From the NCBI GenBank assembly GCA_963663275.1, contig OY760183.1, forward strand, positions 3,392,001 through 3,456,000: DNA of 64,000 bases, in the 5' to 3' direction. Below, one piece after another: positions 59,992 through 64,000 of this stretch; positions within the stretch are counted from its first letter, which is position 1, and each line of letters opens with the position of its first letter. Source of the DNA: Chloroflexota bacterium. Lineage in GTDB: Bacteria; Chloroflexota; UBA11872; VXOZ01. The position numbers and the translations under genes were made by a program. The notes below the pieces were generated by a model that was not told the DNA's origin, did not search any database, and saw only the letters and a program-made list of their open reading frames with translations.

Positions 59992-61869
59992 TCAAGATGT
60001 GTCCAGCACGTACGCCGCGTAGAGCAACTCCCCCTGTTCGTCGTTCTCGAACGTGAGGCTTCCCTCGGGGAAGGTCGATTCCAACTGCGGGATGAGCGTG
60101 AGGTAGTTCTCGGCCAGCAGCCACACCGTCGGTCTGCTCACCGTCTCCGCGTCTATCTCGCCGCTTCCCCCGAAGACCGGGCTGCCGTTGGCGGTCTCCG
60201 TGTCGCGGAGGAACCATTGCACGACGGCATTCGTCCGGGGCAGGCGGTCGTTGTAAAGGCGCACCTCGTACCCGGCGCCAAGCGACTGCGCGAACCGTAC
60301 CGCCTCCACCTCTTTGCGGGCCAGGGCCCACTCCGATTCGACGAGCCAGTTGTCGTAGTCGCGGGCCTGCTGTCCGGCGAAGAGGAGCACGAATGCGGCG
60401 AGCGCGACCGCGGCTACCGCGTTCCCGAACCACCCTGCAAGGATGGGGATGGGGAGCGCGCCTGCAAACCGGTTCCAGCGGTTGTGCACCAGCGACACGA
60501 GGGCGTCCAGCCCGACCGCTGCGATCGCGAGGACGAAGAAGATGCCGAGGAGGTAGCGCCGGCTCTCCGCGTCCGGTGTCAGAACGGCGGGTACGAGCGA
60601 GATGAGCCAGCCTGCGAGCAGCAGTTGGCTGGGGCGTTTCCTGATGGACAGGAGGAGTGCTGCCAGCCCTGTCCAGAAGAACACCTCCGTGCTGAAATGC
60701 AACAGCGGTATCCCTCCGGTCCCGACGTTCCCCTCGCGCGGCATCGGCGTGTGGACGTACGTGACCACTTCCCATGCGCGGCCCAGGAGAGGCATCAGCG
60801 AGAGGGGCGTCCGGTCGTAGAAGTGGAAGCCGGACGCGACAGCCTCCGACGTAAGGTACAGGAAGGCTATGTGCGCGCTGACCGCAACGGAAGCGCCGAG
60901 GAACCAGTACACCGCCGGAAGGCGCGCTTTCCGGTGCGTCAGCAGCAGGACAACGAGTACCCCCCATACGCCGGCCGCGTAGAGTGGGAAGGCTTGGTAG
61001 GTGTACCACCCGAGCCCGAACAGGACCCCGCCGAGCCCGGCAGCCCACCAGCGGTTTGACCGTACGCCTGCGATGAACAACCATACGCCCGCCATGAAGC
61101 AGAGGACCGCCAGCATCGCAGGGAATGCGATTTGGCTGAGCGCTATGAACCAGACGTGAAATGTGAGGAACGCCGCCGTGAGGGTGGCTGTTCGGGCGGA
61201 GAAGAGTTGCCGCATGAACAGGTACGCGACGGGGATGAGCGCGACGCCGGGGAGTGCGGCGCTCAGCCTCGCTGTGGCGATGCTCGCATCCAGGAAGAGG
61301 AAGAACAGCGCCTGCAGGTGGACGAGCCCCGCGGGTGTGCCCAGCGTCACGCCGGTCCAGGCGCCGGGCCACGCCTCTCCAGCGGAGATGCGCAGCGCCT
61401 CGAGCGCTAGCTCTGCCTCGTCGTTCGCGATGCCGGGCGGCACCGTCTCCAGGTTCTGTGTGCGGATGACCGCTGCGACGAAGGTCAGCGCTGCGATGAC
61501 CGCTATCTCCCACAGCCGTATCCGGCTGCCTGCACGTGCGGTCTGCTCGGCGAATAAGGGGAGGGCGGCGAACGCACCGGCCAGAGGAGCCAGCGCTCGC
61601 GCGGCCTGCCGGCTCAGTCCATGTGCTGTTCGCCACCCTGCCCCGATACCCTTGCCGACCGCTTGCGTGGACGTGCGCCATGAGGCTGGCCGTGGAGGAG
61701 TTGATGCAGGCGGAATACCCGCAGGCATGAGGGCGTAACCGCAGTAGAAGCAGAAGCGGTGGTGGACGGCGTTCGCGGTGCCGCATTGCGGGCAGATGGT
61801 GTTCAAGCGAGGCTGCTCAGAGGCCGTTCGTGTGGAATGGTAGGAGAGTGCCGGTGAATCGTACCGCAT
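59992..61869 (-). CDS. GT-C glycosyltransferase (family 39/ArnT-PMT-like) with N-terminal zinc ribbon
   Basis: CPQCG...FCFYCG; PPGIANDE catalytic-loop motif; many TM segments; start uncertain. Confidence 0.85.
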   Translation of the reverse strand: MRYDSPALSYHSTRTASEQPRLNTICPQCGTANAVHHRFCFYCGYALMPAGIPPASTPPRPASWRTSTQAVGKGIGAGWRTAHGLSRQAARALAPLAGAFAALPLFAEQTARAGSRIRLWEIAVIAALTFVAAVIRTQNLETVPPGIANDEAELALEALRISAGEAWPGAWTGVTLGTPAGLVHLQALFFLFLDASIATARLSAALPGVALIPVAYLFMRQLFSARTATLTAAFLTFHVWFIALSQIAFPAMLAVLCFMAGVWLFIAGVRSNRWWAAGLGGVLFGLGWYTYQAFPLYAAGVWGVLVVLLLTHRKARLPAVYWFLGASVAVSAHIAFLYLTSEAVASGFHFYDRTPLSLMPLLGRAWEVVTYVHTPMPREGNVGTGGIPLLHFSTEVFFWTGLAALLLSIRKRPSQLLLAGWLISLVPAVLTPDAESRRYLLGIFFVLAIAAVGLDALVSLVHNRWNRFAGALPIPILAGWFGNAVAAVALAAFVLLFAGQQARDYDNWLVESEWALARKEVEAVRFAQSLGAGYEVRLYNDRLPRTNAVVQWFLRDTETANGSPVFGGSGEIDAETVSRPTVWLLAENYLTLIPQLESTFPEGSLTFENDEQGELLYAAYVLDTS

Positions 61870-61973
61870 CCGCTGTGGCTTGGGTTGTTGTTTCGTAGCA
61901 CTATGAGGCTTGCCTGTCAGTGGGGCTGGAAGTATCTTGCGGATAGTCCGCGCGTTTGGAGGAGCACCAGGCG

Positions 61974-63242
61974 ATGCTCACTGCTCAGCAGAATGAACTG
62001 CTCACCCGGGTTGGCCCCGGTACACCCATGGGCGAGACGCTCCGCCGCTACTGGGTACCGGCGCTGCTCGATTGGGAGTTGCCGGAACCGGACTGCACGC
62101 CCGTCCGCCTGCGGCTCCTCGGCGAAGACCTCGTGGCGTTTCGCGACACGAGCGGACGCGTGGGCGTGCTCGACGAGTACTGCCCGCACCGGCTCACGTC
62201 GCTCTGGCTCGGCCGGAACGAGGAGAACGGCCTGCGCTGCGTCTACCACGGCTGGAAGTTCGACGTGACGGGCCAGTGCGTCGACCAGATGAATGAGCCG
62301 AAGCAGTTCGCGTCCAAGATCAAGACGGTCTCCTATCCCGTCGCCGAAGTGGGAGGCGTGTTGTGGGTGTACATGGGGCCGAAGGAGAAGCAGCCCCCGC
62401 CTCCCCATTTCGCGTGGACGAAAGTACAGGCAGAGCATCGCGTGGTGACGAAGGTGGTGGAGGAGTGCAACTGGCTGCAGGCGCTCGAGGGCGGGATAGA
62501 CACCTCCCACGCGCCCATCATGCACCGGGCGCTGCGCCCGAACCCCTCGCAGCCCGGCCTGCCGGTGAACGACGCCTTCGTGCAGGGCGCCGCGCCGTCG
62601 CTGGAAGTGGACGTGACCGACTACGGCTACCGCTACTTCGGCATTCGTCCGTTGGGCACGGACCGGCAGTACGTGCGGGGTTACCACTTCATCATGCCGT
62701 GGACGCAGCTGCGCCCGGCGGGGCGGGGCATCCAGAACCAGGTCCACGGGCACCACTGGGTGCCGATAGACGATTACAAGTGCCTCGTATGGAACTGGTA
62801 CTACAACGAGGTCCAGCCGCTGGACAAGGGCAAGGCCGGACCGGAGGAGACGGGCAACATCTTCGGGATCGACGTGGACGCGGAGAACGGGTTCCGCTCC
62901 ATCCGCAACCGCTCCAACAGCTGGCTGATCGACCGCGCTGTACAGAAGACCGATACGTTCACCGGTATCGTTGGCATCAACACGCAGGACCGCGCGGTGC
63001 AGGAGATGATGGGGCCGATCGTGGACCGCTCCCGCGAGCACCTCGGCCCTGCGGACAAGGCGATCATCGCCGCGCGAAAGTTGCTGGAGGAGGCGGTGCG
63101 CACCGTGCAGGACGGGGGCGACCCGCAGGGCGTGTCGCCCAGCTACTACGAACTGCGCGCAGCGGAGAGCATCCTGCCGGCGGACGATGACTGGCGCACC
63201 GACCTCATCCCGCGCATGGACCCCTCCCTCGTCAGCGCATAG
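61974..63242 (+). CDS. Rieske non-heme iron oxygenase alpha subunit (phthalate dioxygenase/LigXa-like)
   Basis: CPHR...CVYHGWKF, NWLQALEG.IDTSHAPIMH, QDRAVQE, EHLG..D. Confidence 0.93.
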   Translation: MLTAQQNELLTRVGPGTPMGETLRRYWVPALLDWELPEPDCTPVRLRLLGEDLVAFRDTSGRVGVLDEYCPHRLTSLWLGRNEENGLRCVYHGWKFDVTGQCVDQMNEPKQFASKIKTVSYPVAEVGGVLWVYMGPKEKQPPPPHFAWTKVQAEHRVVTKVVEECNWLQALEGGIDTSHAPIMHRALRPNPSQPGLPVNDAFVQGAAPSLEVDVTDYGYRYFGIRPLGTDRQYVRGYHFIMPWTQLRPAGRGIQNQVHGHHWVPIDDYKCLVWNWYYNEVQPLDKGKAGPEETGNIFGIDVDAENGFRSIRNRSNSWLIDRAVQKTDTFTGIVGINTQDRAVQEMMGPIVDRSREHLGPADKAIIAARKLLEEAVRTVQDGGDPQGVSPSYYELRAAESILPADDDWRTDLIPRMDPSLVSA

Positions 63243-63420
63243 CGAACTGTCCCGCATTCCAGGCACCGGACGACTTCCCCCTCTTCTGCCTCGTGCGTGA
63301 GCGTTGACGCTCGGCATACGCGGTGTTAGGTTCCCGCGTGGGTGACGCCGCCTGTGCAGGGCTCCGCGCAAAGGAGGTCGGCGCAGGAAGGCAGCCCCAT
63401 CCGGTCAGAGGGAGGATGAC

Positions 63421-64000
63421 ATGAACCGGAAGGTGATCAGCATCTGTACGCGCGCCGTTCTGGCGACACTGGTTGCGCTGCTGGCAGTGGCGTCGCTTGC
63501 CGCCTGCGGCAGCGACCCGACGCCCACGCCAACTGCGACGCCCGCGCCTGCAGCGACTCCGACGCCGGTGCCAAGCCTGCTGGAGCAACTGCACGCGGCG
63601 GCGCAGCAGGAAGGCGGGGTCGTCTGGGCCACCACCGACACCGAGGAACGCACCACCGCGATCATCGGCGCCTTCGAGGCGAAGTACCCCGGTGTCAAGG
63701 TGAGCCTCATCACGGCGAACAGCGCCGAACTGCGAGAGCGGCTCTTCCTGGAGGCGCAGGCGAACAAGATCACCGTTGACGTGACCGACCCCGGCCGCGA
63801 CAACCGCGTGATCGAGGAGGACCTCGCCGAAGACCTGACGGACATCGTCGAGGAGCTTGGCGTCGACCCGAACCTTGTCTACTCGGACAACCGCATCTTC
63901 CTGAAGGTTGGCGTTCCGCACGCGCCTATCTGTAACACGGACAGGCTCTCCGGCGACGACTTCCCGCAGTCCTACGAAGACCTGCTCGACCCGAGCCTGA
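63421..64000 (+). CDS. ABC substrate-binding lipoprotein (Fe3+/thiamine-like class), runs off the window end
   Basis: GGAGG RBS, LAAC lipobox, PT linker, AAQQEG, FEAKYPGVKV, PQSYEDLLDP; frame open to the end. Confidence 0.8.
   Translation, partial: MNRKVISICTRAVLATLVALLAVASLAACGSDPTPTPTATPAPAATPTPVPSLLEQLHAAAQQEGGVVWATTDTEERTTAIIGAFEAKYPGVKVSLITANSAELRERLFLEAQANKITVDVTDPGRDNRVIEEDLAEDLTDIVEELGVDPNLVYSDNRIFLKVGVPHAPICNTDRLSGDDFPQSYEDLLDPSL

Noticed and set aside
63243-63420. Riboswitch upstream of the binding-protein gene
   Set aside because: No recognisable TPP, cobalamin, FMN or SAM consensus by eye; an Rfam scan would be needed.

Overview
High-GC bacterial DNA that looks like Chloroflexota, probably Dehalococcoidia/SAR202-like. 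This is inferred from seven amidohydrolase paralogs, lipoproteins with Pro/Thr-rich linkers, a Rieske oxygenase, a CoxL-like subunit and eukaryote-like RCC1/ankyrin repeats. The window appears to contain an assembly or contig junction at about 11,505-11,515, where an mfd 5' half abuts a glxC/mgsB-like 3' fragment. Several genes (sbcC, ruvA, a gluzincin-like gene, an Mrr-ankyrin gene) carry scattered 1-nt indels typical of sequencing error. Housekeeping genes are mfd (partial), an EF-G2-like fusA, sbcC, leuS, ruvC and ruvA. Other genes cover ABC transporters, a sulfatase, methyltransferases and toxin-antitoxin (TA) modules. The most notable items are: (1) a solitary, intact, host-like HK97 phage portal gene behind a promoter-leader-hairpin, a candidate part of a dispersed, domesticated gene-transfer-agent (GTA)-like system; (2) a 3.1-kb cassette bounded by inverted dRS3-like hairpins, encoding an apparently circularly permuted GIY-YIG protein, an ADP-ribosylglycohydrolase and an HhH glycosylase-like protein; (3) a membrane-anchored Mrr-ankyrin fusion between palindrome clusters and TA genes; (4) MITEs inserted into REP hairpin loops, and ~10-bp phased direct repeats. 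No rRNA, tRNA or CRISPR array was seen. All family assignments come from motif recognition by eye, not database searches.
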